IMG/VR virus record: IMGVR_UViG_3300020457_000004
Coordinates: 64,001-128,000 of that record
Reading direction: 5' to 3' (one strand)
From: a virus
Length of the DNA: 64,000 nucleotides
Shown here: positions 29,951 through 38,997 of the stretch, piece by piece
How positions within the stretch are numbered: position 1 is the stretch's first letter
How the letters are laid out: the number at the start of each line of letters is the position of its first letter
The notes under the pieces: model-generated
Told to the model about the DNA's origin: nothing
The model's input: only the letters and a program-made list of their open reading frames with translations
Database searches by the model: none
Translations under genes and position numbers: made by a program

Positions 29951-30520
29951 ATGGCGAATCCATTTCTACAAATAAGACCTAACTCTGACTCTGGAAGAAA
30001 GTCATTTAATTGGTACATGAACCAAGTAAGGCAGATTATGCGTGGCGTATCTACACCTTCAAGTGCCATAGCAAATGACATTGGTAAACCAGTAAGTCAA
30101 TTTGATATAGGTTCAATGTACTTGTTTAGGTATGACGCGAAATGGAAAGATAAACTACCATACTTTGATGCGTTTCCTCTTTGCCTTCCATTTGAACCTA
30201 CAAAAGATGGATTCTGGGGATTGAATTTGCATTATCTACCTTATATGATGAGAGCTCAGTTATTAGGCAAATTAATAGAAACAACAAACGATAGAGCGAT
30301 AGATGATAAAACTACAATGAGATACAACTGGGAACTATTGTCAAACTCTGCACAATTTCCAGAAGTAAAACCATGTGTAAAAAGATATTTAACAAAACAA
30401 ATAAGGTCTAGATTTTTTGAAATCAATCCACAAGATTGGAAAGGTGCTATATTTTTACCAGTAGAAGACTTTAATGTTAGTAAAAACACCGTATTCCAAG
30501 CGTCTAGGAGAATGATTTAA
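29951..30520 (+). CDS. gp2: DNA end protector protein gp2
   Basis: GSMYLFRYDAKWKDKLPYFDAFPL..GFWGLNLHYLP..R..PCVKRYL..W..AIFLPVEDF. Confidence 0.92.
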   Translation: MANPFLQIRPNSDSGRKSFNWYMNQVRQIMRGVSTPSSAIANDIGKPVSQFDIGSMYLFRYDAKWKDKLPYFDAFPLCLPFEPTKDGFWGLNLHYLPYMMRAQLLGKLIETTNDRAIDDKTTMRYNWELLSNSAQFPEVKPCVKRYLTKQIRSRFFEINPQDWKGAIFLPVEDFNVSKNTVFQASRRMI

Positions 30521-31152
30521 TGGCATATTTTAAAACAAAAGATTTCATTGCGAAAGTTAGAAAGAATGACCTTGCGAGGTCTAATAGGTTTGAGGTGGTT
30601 ATTAATTCGCCAGGCCGATTTGTAGAGGATAGAGACATATCATTAATGTGTGAAGAGGCACAAATACCAGGCTTACAAATTCAATGGTCGCCAACAAAAA
30701 TATCTCATTGGACAGAACAAAGAGCGCATGGTATAGAATACTTTGGAGACACAGCCGCGTTCACATTTTTCTGTGACGATAATTGGGATGTAAGAACATA
30801 TTTTGAAAACTGGATGACCACTATCGCTGACCCCCTTTCAAAAGAAGTCAGTTTTCCAGACGAACATGTGGGACAGGTAGAAGTATATGCTCTTGACAGA
30901 GAAGATAACATAGTAACAAGATGGAAACTATATGATGCATTTCCAAGACTCATGAACATTCTACCAATGGGTCAAAGTGCTGAAGGTATAGTGAGAGTTA
31001 ATGTGACATTTGCTTTTAGAAGGTGGACTTCTAGAGGTGTTGTAGCGGGTGATGCAGAAAGGTTGTTTGGAATACTCAATTTCCGTAAGAACGGTATTAA
31101 AAACGCTATCAAAAGTAAAATTGCTCATAATATTAATGATTGGATTGATTAA
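30520..31152 (+). CDS. tail-tube family protein (gp54/gp19-like tube initiator)
   Basis: LARSNRFEV..LMCEEAQIPG..FTFFCD..YFENW..LYDAFP..VTFAFRRW. Confidence 0.75.
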   Translation: MAYFKTKDFIAKVRKNDLARSNRFEVVINSPGRFVEDRDISLMCEEAQIPGLQIQWSPTKISHWTEQRAHGIEYFGDTAAFTFFCDDNWDVRTYFENWMTTIADPLSKEVSFPDEHVGQVEVYALDREDNIVTRWKLYDAFPRLMNILPMGQSAEGIVRVNVTFAFRRWTSRGVVAGDAERLFGILNFRKNGIKNAIKSKIAHNINDWID

Positions 31153-31169
31153 ATTATTGGAGGTTTGTA

Positions 31170-31853
31170 ATGACACTACCAAAGGCGAAATATCCTTTGA
31201 CAGACATTTTTGTCTATTCGTTAGATAAAAAAATTCCGTTTAGACAATTCTTAGTAAAAGAAGAAAGATTATTTGAGAGCCCAGACTCGGACAGACATGT
31301 TCTAATAAAATCAATATCAGATTGTATCACTAGTTGTTCTCTGGGTAAAGTGGATGGAACTACTTTACCTATCTTTGACTTACAGAACATATGGATTCAA
31401 TTATCTAAAATTTCTGAAATAGAAATACCAGACTGGGCATTCATGTGTGGAGACTGTGGAGAGTATAATACACAGTCAATAAATTATGATGACTTTGGAT
31501 TCAAACTAACTGATTATCACACCGACATACTTCCACTAAGAGATGATTTGATAGTAAAAATGAGATATCCTACCGCTGGTGAATTATTTGAATTTGATAA
31601 AGAAAAAATACCGTATTATGATATAGCTGCTACATGTATCGACTCAATTAAAATAAAAGGGGAAAAGGTAGAGAATATATCAGAAGAAGAAAAAATAGAA
31701 TTTATAGAAACTTTGACAAGTTCAGAGTTTGAAATGATAACATTATTTTTTGCATCAATGCCTGTGGTGCAAAATGTAATAGAGTTTGAATGTGGAAAAT
31801 GTGGAACTGAAAATCAGGCAGTAATGAATGGATTTTTCGGTGAATCAGAATAG
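31170..31853 (+). CDS. baseplate hub assembly protein gp26-like, paralog 1
   Basis: MTLPK..FRQFLVKEE, LPIFD, CGDCG, VKMRYP, FFASMP, CGKCG. Confidence 0.8.
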   Translation: MTLPKAKYPLTDIFVYSLDKKIPFRQFLVKEERLFESPDSDRHVLIKSISDCITSCSLGKVDGTTLPIFDLQNIWIQLSKISEIEIPDWAFMCGDCGEYNTQSINYDDFGFKLTDYHTDILPLRDDLIVKMRYPTAGELFEFDKEKIPYYDIAATCIDSIKIKGEKVENISEEEKIEFIETLTSSEFEMITLFFASMPVVQNVIEFECGKCGTENQAVMNGFFGESE

Positions 31854-31867
31854 GTTTGGAGGATAAT

Positions 31868-32569
31868 ATGGCACTACCACAAACTGAACATCCTCTGATA
31901 GATGTTCATATACACTCTCTTAATAAGAGTGTTAAATTCAGACCTTTCCTAGTAAAAGAAGAAAAATTGCTTGTCTTAGCAAATGAAACTAAAGACCAAG
32001 ACGAAATGATTAGAGCCACTCAACAAGTGGTAACTAATTGTTCTTTTGGTAAAGTACAGGGAGATGAACTTCCCATATTTGACATGCAAAAAATCTTTTT
32101 AGAATTAAGAAAGGTCTCAGTATCAGACACAGTAGACATAAGGTTACTATGTGGACATTGTGAAGCACCAATAGATATTCAAATAGAATTGGATACCTTT
32201 AAACTTCATGAAACAGAAGGACACGCGATGGACTTTCAGATTGCTGAGGATATATCAGTAAAAATGAAATATCCTAATGCTAAAGAACTTACTGCTCTAG
32301 GACAATCAGAGACAGAAGGTGACATCTATAAAGTCGCTGAGACTTGTATAGAAACTGTTTTCTATGGAGATGCAATCATTGAGTTTAAAGAACTAAGGGA
32401 AGAAGAAAGAAGTGATTTTATTGACAACCTAACTTCAGAACAGTTCTCACATATCAAAAACTTTTTTGAGACAATGCCAGTAATAGAAAACCATGTCGAA
32501 TATAAATGCAACAAGTGTAAAAAAGACAATGTTGCTTACTTGAATGGGTATTACGATTTTTTCGTATAA
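31868..32569 (+). CDS. gp26: baseplate hub assembly protein gp26, paralog 2
   Basis: MALP..KFRPFLVKEEKLL..LPIFD..LRKVSV..CGHC..MKYP..FFETMP..CNKC..GYYDFFV; GGAGG RBS. Confidence 0.88.
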   Translation: MALPQTEHPLIDVHIHSLNKSVKFRPFLVKEEKLLVLANETKDQDEMIRATQQVVTNCSFGKVQGDELPIFDMQKIFLELRKVSVSDTVDIRLLCGHCEAPIDIQIELDTFKLHETEGHAMDFQIAEDISVKMKYPNAKELTALGQSETEGDIYKVAETCIETVFYGDAIIEFKELREEERSDFIDNLTSEQFSHIKNFFETMPVIENHVEYKCNKCKKDNVAYLNGYYDFFV

Positions 32570-32754
32570 GCCTTTTCCATGAAAATTTAGAAAATTACTT
32601 TAAAACTAACTTTCTACTAATGCAAGAACATAAATACAGTTTAACAGAAATAGAAAGTTGGGTTCCGTGGGAAAGGCAAGTATACATTTCGATGTTGGTT
32701 CAACATTTGAAGAAAAAAGCGGACGCAATCAAAAATAATAAATGGAGACAATAA
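32560..32754 (+). CDS. gp51: gp51-like hub assembly protein in the -1 frame of gp26 (not in ORF track)
   Basis: FRISLFHENLENYFKTNFLLMQEHKYSLTEIESWVPWERQVYISMLVQHL...*. First ATG is only at 32620; slippery T TTT TTC at 32557-32563. Confidence 0.8.
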   Translation, partial: FRISLFHENLENYFKTNFLLMQEHKYSLTEIESWVPWERQVYISMLVQHLKKKADAIKNNKWRQ

Positions 32755-32755
32755 A

Positions 32756-34552
32756 ATGGCATTCTTTATACCCGCTTTGATGGGAGCAGCAAGATTTGGA
32801 GGAATGGCTCTAGCTAGAACTGCTGGGGTTGCAAAATCTGGATTAAGAGCGGCGGGTTCTTTGGGTAAAGGTGCGCTTGGATTTGGTGCTGGAGCAGCTT
32901 TGGCAGGAGGCGGTCAAGGTATGCAAACTGCCGTACCTTCCTCTAATGAATCAATGGACAATGTTATTCCGTTTCCAACATCTGCTGGTGGTGGAAATAG
33001 AGGCGGAGGTTCAGGCGGAGTATCGACAGCTCAAGCTACTTCCGCGTTACAGGATGGAGATTCTTCAAACCCCACAGTTAATGCTTTAAATGAAATAAGA
33101 GAAGTCTTAGTAAGTATAAAGGGTGATACCGCTACTATAGCAACTGGATTCGCCGCCCCTAAAGCAGAGTCACCAGACGAAAATAAATTAAATGCAATGT
33201 TTGGTGGAAAGGGTGGTGGTAGGTCATTACCAGTAGGTAGTGCTGGATTAGGAACTGCTGTCGGTGGTCTTGCTGCTCTGGGTGCTATGGGTATGTTTGA
33301 TACTGAAACATCTGAAAAAAGAGCCAAAGAAGTTCAAACGAAACTTGAAGATGGCACAGATAATTTCATAACAAAAATAACACAATCACTAGTAACACAA
33401 GGTAATAAATTAATTGCCGCTCAGACTTTAGGACAAGGTGCAAAATCTGCCGTCAAAGCTGGAGCAGGAATGATTGCAAGTGGAGTTAAAAAAGTTACAA
33501 CCCCTTCACTTGATAAAGCTGGGACGCCCGCGATAGACAGTTCTAAGGTAGTTGGTACTACACCAGATGGCAAAAATGTAGTGCAATCACAAAAAGGTAA
33601 TTTTACTGTACAAGGCGCGGATGGTAAACCAACCACGAATATGGTAAAACCAGAAAATGTGAAACCACTAAAAGTTAAAATTGATGGGCCAACCAAAGCA
33701 AAAACAAGCGCATTGGCCAAAACTGGTGATTTAGCAGCTTCATTGATGAAAAATATTGGTAAGTATGGTATTAAACAAGTACCCTTAGTGGGTGCAGTTG
33801 CTGGTCTTGGAATGGCAGCACATCGATTATTCAAAGGAGATTCGGCAGGGGCAGCTGCGGAACTGGCTGGTGTCGCGTTAGTTGGGCCGTTAGGTGGTGT
33901 ATCAATAGATGCTGGTCTTCTTGCTAGAGATATGTACAATGATGTTTATGGTGACCCAGATAGTGATGATGCATCACTTAAATTTCCACATGATAGTGAT
34001 GTATTGAGTCCAATAGAAACTAATTACTTTGAAAAGTATGGAGCTATAATTGATTATGTGAAAGGCAAACTTAAAGAAATGAAAGATAATCTTGGTAAAG
34101 GTGAATTGGAAAAACCAACATCTGCAAGACCAACAGAAAAAGGATTTTTTCAGACTGATAAAGGATTGGCTGCCGAACAAAAACGATGGGACGAAAAATT
34201 TGGTGCAACTCACAATGAGGATGGAAGTCTAAAAGTTCCGTCACCAGAAATGCAAATGCAAGCGGCAGAATCTACTACCCCAACAGATTTAATTGGAGAC
34301 TCCGCTCCAGCAGAAACAGAAAGTGGTTCTATAACAATAGATTCAGCATCCAATCAAGTAGCAAACGCTCAAGCATCTGCAAGTGAAGAAAAGGCAATGC
34401 AAGTTGCAGCTATACAAAGTGATGCAATGCAATCATTACAACAAGTAGTTGGTGGTCTTGGTGGAAAAGTAGAATACTTGCCTGTCCTAGTAACAGATAA
34501 GACAGTTGTAGATACTGAAGTTAATAAACTTATGGTTCAAAAGAACAATTAA
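32756..34552 (+). CDS. putative tail tape-measure/hub protein (gp29-like)
   Basis: 598 aa, Ala/Gly-rich, KQVPLVGAVAGLGMA..GD..GA..EL..DAGLLARD motif; directly after gp26/gp51. Confidence 0.6.
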   Translation: MAFFIPALMGAARFGGMALARTAGVAKSGLRAAGSLGKGALGFGAGAALAGGGQGMQTAVPSSNESMDNVIPFPTSAGGGNRGGGSGGVSTAQATSALQDGDSSNPTVNALNEIREVLVSIKGDTATIATGFAAPKAESPDENKLNAMFGGKGGGRSLPVGSAGLGTAVGGLAALGAMGMFDTETSEKRAKEVQTKLEDGTDNFITKITQSLVTQGNKLIAAQTLGQGAKSAVKAGAGMIASGVKKVTTPSLDKAGTPAIDSSKVVGTTPDGKNVVQSQKGNFTVQGADGKPTTNMVKPENVKPLKVKIDGPTKAKTSALAKTGDLAASLMKNIGKYGIKQVPLVGAVAGLGMAAHRLFKGDSAGAAAELAGVALVGPLGGVSIDAGLLARDMYNDVYGDPDSDDASLKFPHDSDVLSPIETNYFEKYGAIIDYVKGKLKEMKDNLGKGELEKPTSARPTEKGFFQTDKGLAAEQKRWDEKFGATHNEDGSLKVPSPEMQMQAAESTTPTDLIGDSAPAETESGSITIDSASNQVANAQASASEEKAMQVAAIQSDAMQSLQQVVGGLGGKVEYLPVLVTDKTVVDTEVNKLMVQKNN

Positions 34553-36059
34553 GTTTTTTCTGAATATATCCATCAACATGGTCTAGAATAAAACTTTCTC
34601 TTCTTTCCATGTGAGTTTGTGTCTGAAAATCATTCCAAGTTACACTAGGGTCAATGAAAAACTTATCATACATGAATGGGTCTAATACATTTTTTAGTTT
34701 TGCTTTACTAAACTCTTCCACGCAAAATTTAAAACACTCATACATGCTAGAGTAGTCATTTTCCCACATAATGTACTCGCCAGAGGTCGCCACATAGTCG
34801 TAGAGGACTTTATAGAACGGATTGATACTCATATCCCACTTTATATCATCTTCGGGGAATTTACCCTCTCTATATCCATATTCTTTCCAATTTAAATCAA
34901 ATTCTGAACTATGATTGAGAGATGGTTTTCCTAGTAACTTAATCATCAATATATTCATATGATAACTCTGGTCTGCCCAGTATTCAGAACACCATTTTAC
35001 TGTATCGCGTAGACTATCAATGGTTTCGTATGGAAGTCCAGATATTAATGATATATGACCTTTGTAGAATCCAGCATTTTTCTGAAAGTATTCTTTTACT
35101 TCTAATAGTCCGTCCTGTATCCTACCAGTATTCATTCCCTTACCAACAGATTTAGCTGCCTTGTGGTTCATACTTTCAATACCATAGAAGTGAGATGTAA
35201 TTCCCATCTTAATTAGGTTATCCCAATCTTTAGGACGCGAAGCTATTAAATCACCACGGATATACGCGGTCATCTTTGGTTGAAATGGAAGTTTTTCTAT
35301 TACATTAGCAAACTTCTCAATCTTCTGTGGACTGTCATTGAATGTTTCATCTAGGACAATATAATGTTCTGTTCCCCACTTATCATAATTCTCTAACATC
35401 TCATCATAGACGCTTTCTGCTGTACGAGAGTAATCACCCTTGACGCCTAGTATCGGGAAACTACAGAACTTACATTTGAACTTACATCCACGAGCAAACT
35501 CCAAAAGAAGTATTTCCCTTGGGTTCATAAAATCTGTTTCTTGGTAAGATACTGTTAAATCTTCTTTCGGAAATGATTTGTAATTTACATAACAGTTAAT
35601 TACTTTATTGAAGTGTATCGGTTCTGGCCCACCATCGAAATGTTTCATCAATTCCAACATGGCGTTTTCACCGTAACCATAGACATACCAATCCATGTCC
35701 AGACTACGCATACTATCATTTTGACTACCAGCAACACGCGGTATATTTGGATATTCTTGTTTTAACCATTCAACCAGTTCTTTAACAACTGGACTATCTA
35801 AAAAGAATGTAGAACCAAATCCAAAGAACTTACACTTTTCTGCTCTAGGTTTTAAATATTTTTTAAGTTGTTCTATTTTCCATCTGTGGACATAATCTAT
35901 TACATCTATATTATAACCGTTCTGCCTCAAAAAAGTGGCAATCTTGTGTCCGCCTGAACTTCTTCTTATTGAGATGTTTTTTGAATCTTCTTTATGAATT
36001 GACCCAGCAAAGTCTTCTAGTTGTCCACCAAATATAATTCCATCCATAATTTTCGCCAT
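34530..36059 (-). CDS. B12-binding-domain-type radical SAM protein
   Basis: EFARGCKFKCKFC (CxxxCxxC), DETFND, GIES, ISGLPYET; N-terminal GHKIATFLRQNGY..FGFGSTF..GYGE. Confidence 0.85.
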   Translation of the reverse strand: MAKIMDGIIFGGQLEDFAGSIHKEDSKNISIRRSSGGHKIATFLRQNGYNIDVIDYVHRWKIEQLKKYLKPRAEKCKFFGFGSTFFLDSPVVKELVEWLKQEYPNIPRVAGSQNDSMRSLDMDWYVYGYGENAMLELMKHFDGGPEPIHFNKVINCYVNYKSFPKEDLTVSYQETDFMNPREILLLEFARGCKFKCKFCSFPILGVKGDYSRTAESVYDEMLENYDKWGTEHYIVLDETFNDSPQKIEKFANVIEKLPFQPKMTAYIRGDLIASRPKDWDNLIKMGITSHFYGIESMNHKAAKSVGKGMNTGRIQDGLLEVKEYFQKNAGFYKGHISLISGLPYETIDSLRDTVKWCSEYWADQSYHMNILMIKLLGKPSLNHSSEFDLNWKEYGYREGKFPEDDIKWDMSINPFYKVLYDYVATSGEYIMWENDYSSMYECFKFCVEEFSKAKLKNVLDPFMYDKFFIDPSVTWNDFQTQTHMERRESFILDHVDGYIQKKLNCSFEP

Positions 36060-36091
36060 AAAAAAAGGGGCGACACTATTTATGCCGCCCC
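36060..36091 (-). terminator. intrinsic terminator after gp32 with a late-promoter-like box between the stem arms
   Basis: Minus strand GGGGCGGC-ATAAATAGT-GTCGCCCC-TTTTTTT, immediately followed by ATG 36059. Confidence 0.75.
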
Positions 36092-36112
36092 TCGCATAAC
36101 TAATCTTAGATA

Positions 36113-37018
36113 TTAACTATCGTCAGCAAGTTTTGCAAAGTACGACATTGCATCGTCATCACTATCTGAACCATTGGAGACTACCTTTGTTTCAGCGTTT
36201 TTGTTAACAAACAAGTCATCTTCAATGTCGCCTGTCTGGGCTGCGACAGTTGAAGCATTAGGAACCTTGCTTGCACCTTGAAGAACCATATCCAATTTGG
36301 ATTTAAGGTCTTCATAAGACTTGAAGTTAGATGGGTCTACAATCTCTGCAAGAGAGTGTTGTTTCGCCCAAATTGCCTCAATTTCATCATCAGCGGCAAC
36401 TGGTGATGGAGCAGACTCAAACTCCGACTTGTCATAGTTTCGGAATCCCTCAACTTGACGAATCTTCAGTTTGAAGTTTCTGCCTTCCCAGAAATCAAAA
36501 GGATTTACTGGAGTTTCATCTTCAAATTCTGGCTTTAACAAGTCTTGAATTTTGTCGAAGATTTTTTTACCATAACGATAAAGGAATACATTACCTTCAT
36601 TGTCTGGATTTGATGGGTCTTTCACAACAAGAATGTTGGAGTAAAAAGACTGTCTACGCTTTTGTTTGCGAGCAATGTCTTTGTTAGACTCAACACCGCT
36701 ATTCCACAATTCGCTGTTCAATTCTGAAACAGGGTCTTGTTTTCCTAGAGTTGTGAGAGAGTTTTCGATGTACCACTTCCCAGTAGGGCCTTGGAATCCA
36801 TGAGTCCAGAGTCGTGCCCAATATTGGTCTTCACCTTTTGCTGGGGGCAAAAATCGGATGACTGCATACCCATTGCCAGCTTGGTCAACAGTTGGTTTCC
36901 ATTCCTTACCATCGTCATTAGACTCGGTAGTGGTGGTAGACATCTTCTCAACTTGGTTAAGAAGGGTGTCAAAATTGCCACGCGACTTGCGTAGCTCTTC
37001 TATAGTATTAAACGACAT
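36113..37018 (-). CDS. gp32: single-stranded DNA-binding protein gp32
   Basis: GNGYAVIRFLP, HGFQGPTGKWYIENSLTT, YGKKIFDKI, NPFDFWEG.NFKLKIR, RNYDKSEF, acidic tail YFAKLA. Confidence 0.96.
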   Translation of the reverse strand: MSFNTIEELRKSRGNFDTLLNQVEKMSTTTTESNDDGKEWKPTVDQAGNGYAVIRFLPPAKGEDQYWARLWTHGFQGPTGKWYIENSLTTLGKQDPVSELNSELWNSGVESNKDIARKQKRRQSFYSNILVVKDPSNPDNEGNVFLYRYGKKIFDKIQDLLKPEFEDETPVNPFDFWEGRNFKLKIRQVEGFRNYDKSEFESAPSPVAADDEIEAIWAKQHSLAEIVDPSNFKSYEDLKSKLDMVLQGASKVPNASTVAAQTGDIEDDLFVNKNAETKVVSNGSDSDDDAMSYFAKLADDS

Positions 37019-37035
37019 ATATTTCTCCTTGTGCG

Positions 37036-37218
37036 TTATATTGGTTTATGTTTGCGTTGTATTTTACTTTTTTTGTCTAAAGCGTCCAAGAACTCTTCAG
37101 ACTCATACATATCCTCATTATACATGATGTGTCGGTATTTGTCAAGTCTAGTTTTATCTTCACTAGGTACTCTCCGCACACGCTTCTCATCATCATGAGG
37201 TCGTAGTTTCCTACTCAT
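37036..37218 (-). CDS. small basic hypothetical protein
   Basis: 60 aa from ATG 37218 after AGGAG; fills the gp59-gp32 gap. Confidence 0.55.
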   Translation of the reverse strand: MSRKLRPHDDEKRVRRVPSEDKTRLDKYRHIMYNEDMYESEEFLDALDKKSKIQRKHKPI

Positions 37219-37230
37219 TATATACACTCC

Positions 37231-37238
37231 TATTTATA
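37231..37238 (-). promoter_or_regulatory. T4-type late promoter upstream of small ORF/gp32
   Basis: TATAAATA overlapping the gp59 stop codon. Confidence 0.65.
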
Positions 37239-37812
37239 CAGGTTGAGTAAGTGTTTTGGCGACTTCCTTCATTGAGTCGGTCACCTTTATGAAAGGACGA
37301 TATTTTTTAACCAGCAGTACAACATCTTCTAGTAAAACATCATCCGTTTCTTCTACAAAATCGAAAATCTTATCTAATATAACAAGAGTTTCAATTTCGA
37401 TCATTCTACCAAAGTACAGACGAAAAGTCAAGCCCTGTTTTCCATTTTTTTCAAAAAAAGCGCCAACTTTTTGTTTTTCCATCTCTAGTAGTATCTTTGA
37501 GACATCCCTTTGAAAGAGATATTCTCTCTGATTCTTTTTTGCCTTCCAATCTTCGTATCTCTTGGATGCTTGTATATCAAACAATCCACCCCATCGTTCT
37601 CCAGATACAAAATTTGCGACTAAAAAATCTATTATTTCCTCGCGTTTATAATCCCTAGCAAGTTTCTTTATAGATACCATGTCTTTCCGTTTACGAAAAG
37701 TCTCTGGTTTTACTCTAACTTTACCCTTATACTTCACTACATCATATGACTTGGTAGTAAAATGAAGTTTAATAGCTAGGTACAGTTTATAAACTTCATA
37801 GGGTTCAATCAT
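37234..37812 (-). CDS. gp59: helicase loader gp59
   Basis: YEVYKLYLAIKLHFTTKSYDVVKYKGK..F.KRKD..FLVANF..IETLVILD..KY.PF. Confidence 0.92.
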   Translation of the reverse strand: MIEPYEVYKLYLAIKLHFTTKSYDVVKYKGKVRVKPETFRKRKDMVSIKKLARDYKREEIIDFLVANFVSGERWGGLFDIQASKRYEDWKAKKNQREYLFQRDVSKILLEMEKQKVGAFFEKNGKQGLTFRLYFGRMIEIETLVILDKIFDFVEETDDVLLEDVVLLVKKYRPFIKVTDSMKEVAKTLTQPV

Positions 37813-38099
37813 ATGGGTAACTTACAAGACTTCTGTCCCTTAACTAAGTTAAGACCAATTGCTTCTGCTTTGATTTTTTCTTTAAGCGATGCTGTAAGTA
37901 ATTTTTTAACACTTTCTATTTCTATATCATTCCTGCCACAGTATTCTACTAAAACATCGATATAATTACCAGCAGAAACAGCTTTTCTTTCTATGTGTTG
38001 AGAGAACTCAGCGGATGTATGAAATTCTTTCGTAACCATGAATACATCGCTAACCTTCTCTTCTTTTTCTGTGTCATTGTCCACTATCAATTTTGGCAT
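37809..38099 (-). CDS. gp33: late-transcription coactivator gp33
   Basis: FSQHIE..YIDVLVEYC..DIEIESVKKLL...LKEKIKAEA..LNL....KLPI; adjacent to gp59. Confidence 0.88.
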   Translation of the reverse strand: MPKLIVDNDTEKEEKVSDVFMVTKEFHTSAEFSQHIERKAVSAGNYIDVLVEYCGRNDIEIESVKKLLTASLKEKIKAEAIGLNLVKGQKSCKLPI

Positions 38100-38997
38100 A
38101 TTTTCGTTCCACATTCCTCAAATCCTTGTTTACATTTCTTAAAATCCGTTCTTCCTCATAATCACTTTTCCATTTCTTAACATAACTAATAACATTATAT
38201 TCTGTTTCAATATATGGATTTTCACATTCGGTTACTTCTGCCTCACCCTTCTTGTCAAATTCATAAACAATAGGGTGGTCAAATGCCTTTGCTAGTTCCG
38301 ATATACTAACTGGATTCCCAGAACCAAGATGTACATTTTTTGGTTTACTTTTTGTTGTTAATAACTTTAGTATACCATCTATTACATCATGGATATGAGT
38401 AAAGTCCCTTTCTTTTTTACCACTACCAAATACCCTTAGAGGTTTGTTTTCCTCTACGCATTTTTTAAATGCTCGGATTACAGTACTATGTTCTCCATAG
38501 TCTGCTTCTCTTGGCCCATACACATTATAAAAATATAACAAGTGGTATTCCAAGTTGTATTGTTTGCGATAAAGTTCTAGTAACTCCTCATTTATACACT
38601 TTGAAAATGTATAAGGATTGTCATGATGGTGAAGAAACTGAGTACTTGAAGAAGCAGCGAAAAACAAGGGTATTCGTTCTCTTCGTGCATACTCAGCAAC
38701 GACCATTGTTGAATTAAAGTTATTCGTAATAGTCCCAAATGGGTCATTCTGAGATAACCTAATTCTAGGCGTGGCGGCTAGATGAAATATTGCGTCATAC
38801 TTTCCAACTGGAATTGCTGATGCAACATCTTTATGTAGATACTTCACATTTGGGTTATCTTCGACTTTGAAGTTGCCTTTCCTCATATCATCAATAACAA
38901 GAACATTCTGCCCATGTAAAAGCAATGCTTCTGTTAGGTGTCCACCAATAAATCCGCATCCACCTGTGACGATAAAATTATGAACTTTCTCAGTCAT
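38074..38997 (-). CDS. NAD-dependent epimerase/dehydratase
   Basis: VTGGCGFIG, IFHLAA, ASSS, PYTFSK (YxxxK), YNVYGP, RDFTHI.D. Confidence 0.9.
   Translation of the reverse strand: MTEKVHNFIVTGGCGFIGGHLTEALLLHGQNVLVIDDMRKGNFKVEDNPNVKYLHKDVASAIPVGKYDAIFHLAATPRIRLSQNDPFGTITNNFNSTMVVAEYARRERIPLFFAASSSTQFLHHHDNPYTFSKCINEELLELYRKQYNLEYHLLYFYNVYGPREADYGEHSTVIRAFKKCVEENKPLRVFGSGKKERDFTHIHDVIDGILKLLTTKSKPKNVHLGSGNPVSISELAKAFDHPIVYEFDKKGEAEVTECENPYIETEYNVISYVKKWKSDYEEERILRNVNKDLRNVERKYAKIDSGQ

Noticed and set aside
7410-33939. Many antisense ORFs (e.g. 7410..7871, 17395..17913, 23482..24147, 33421..33939)
   Set aside because: They are shadows of Thr/Ala/Gly-rich genes on the opposite strand, with no RBS or motif support.
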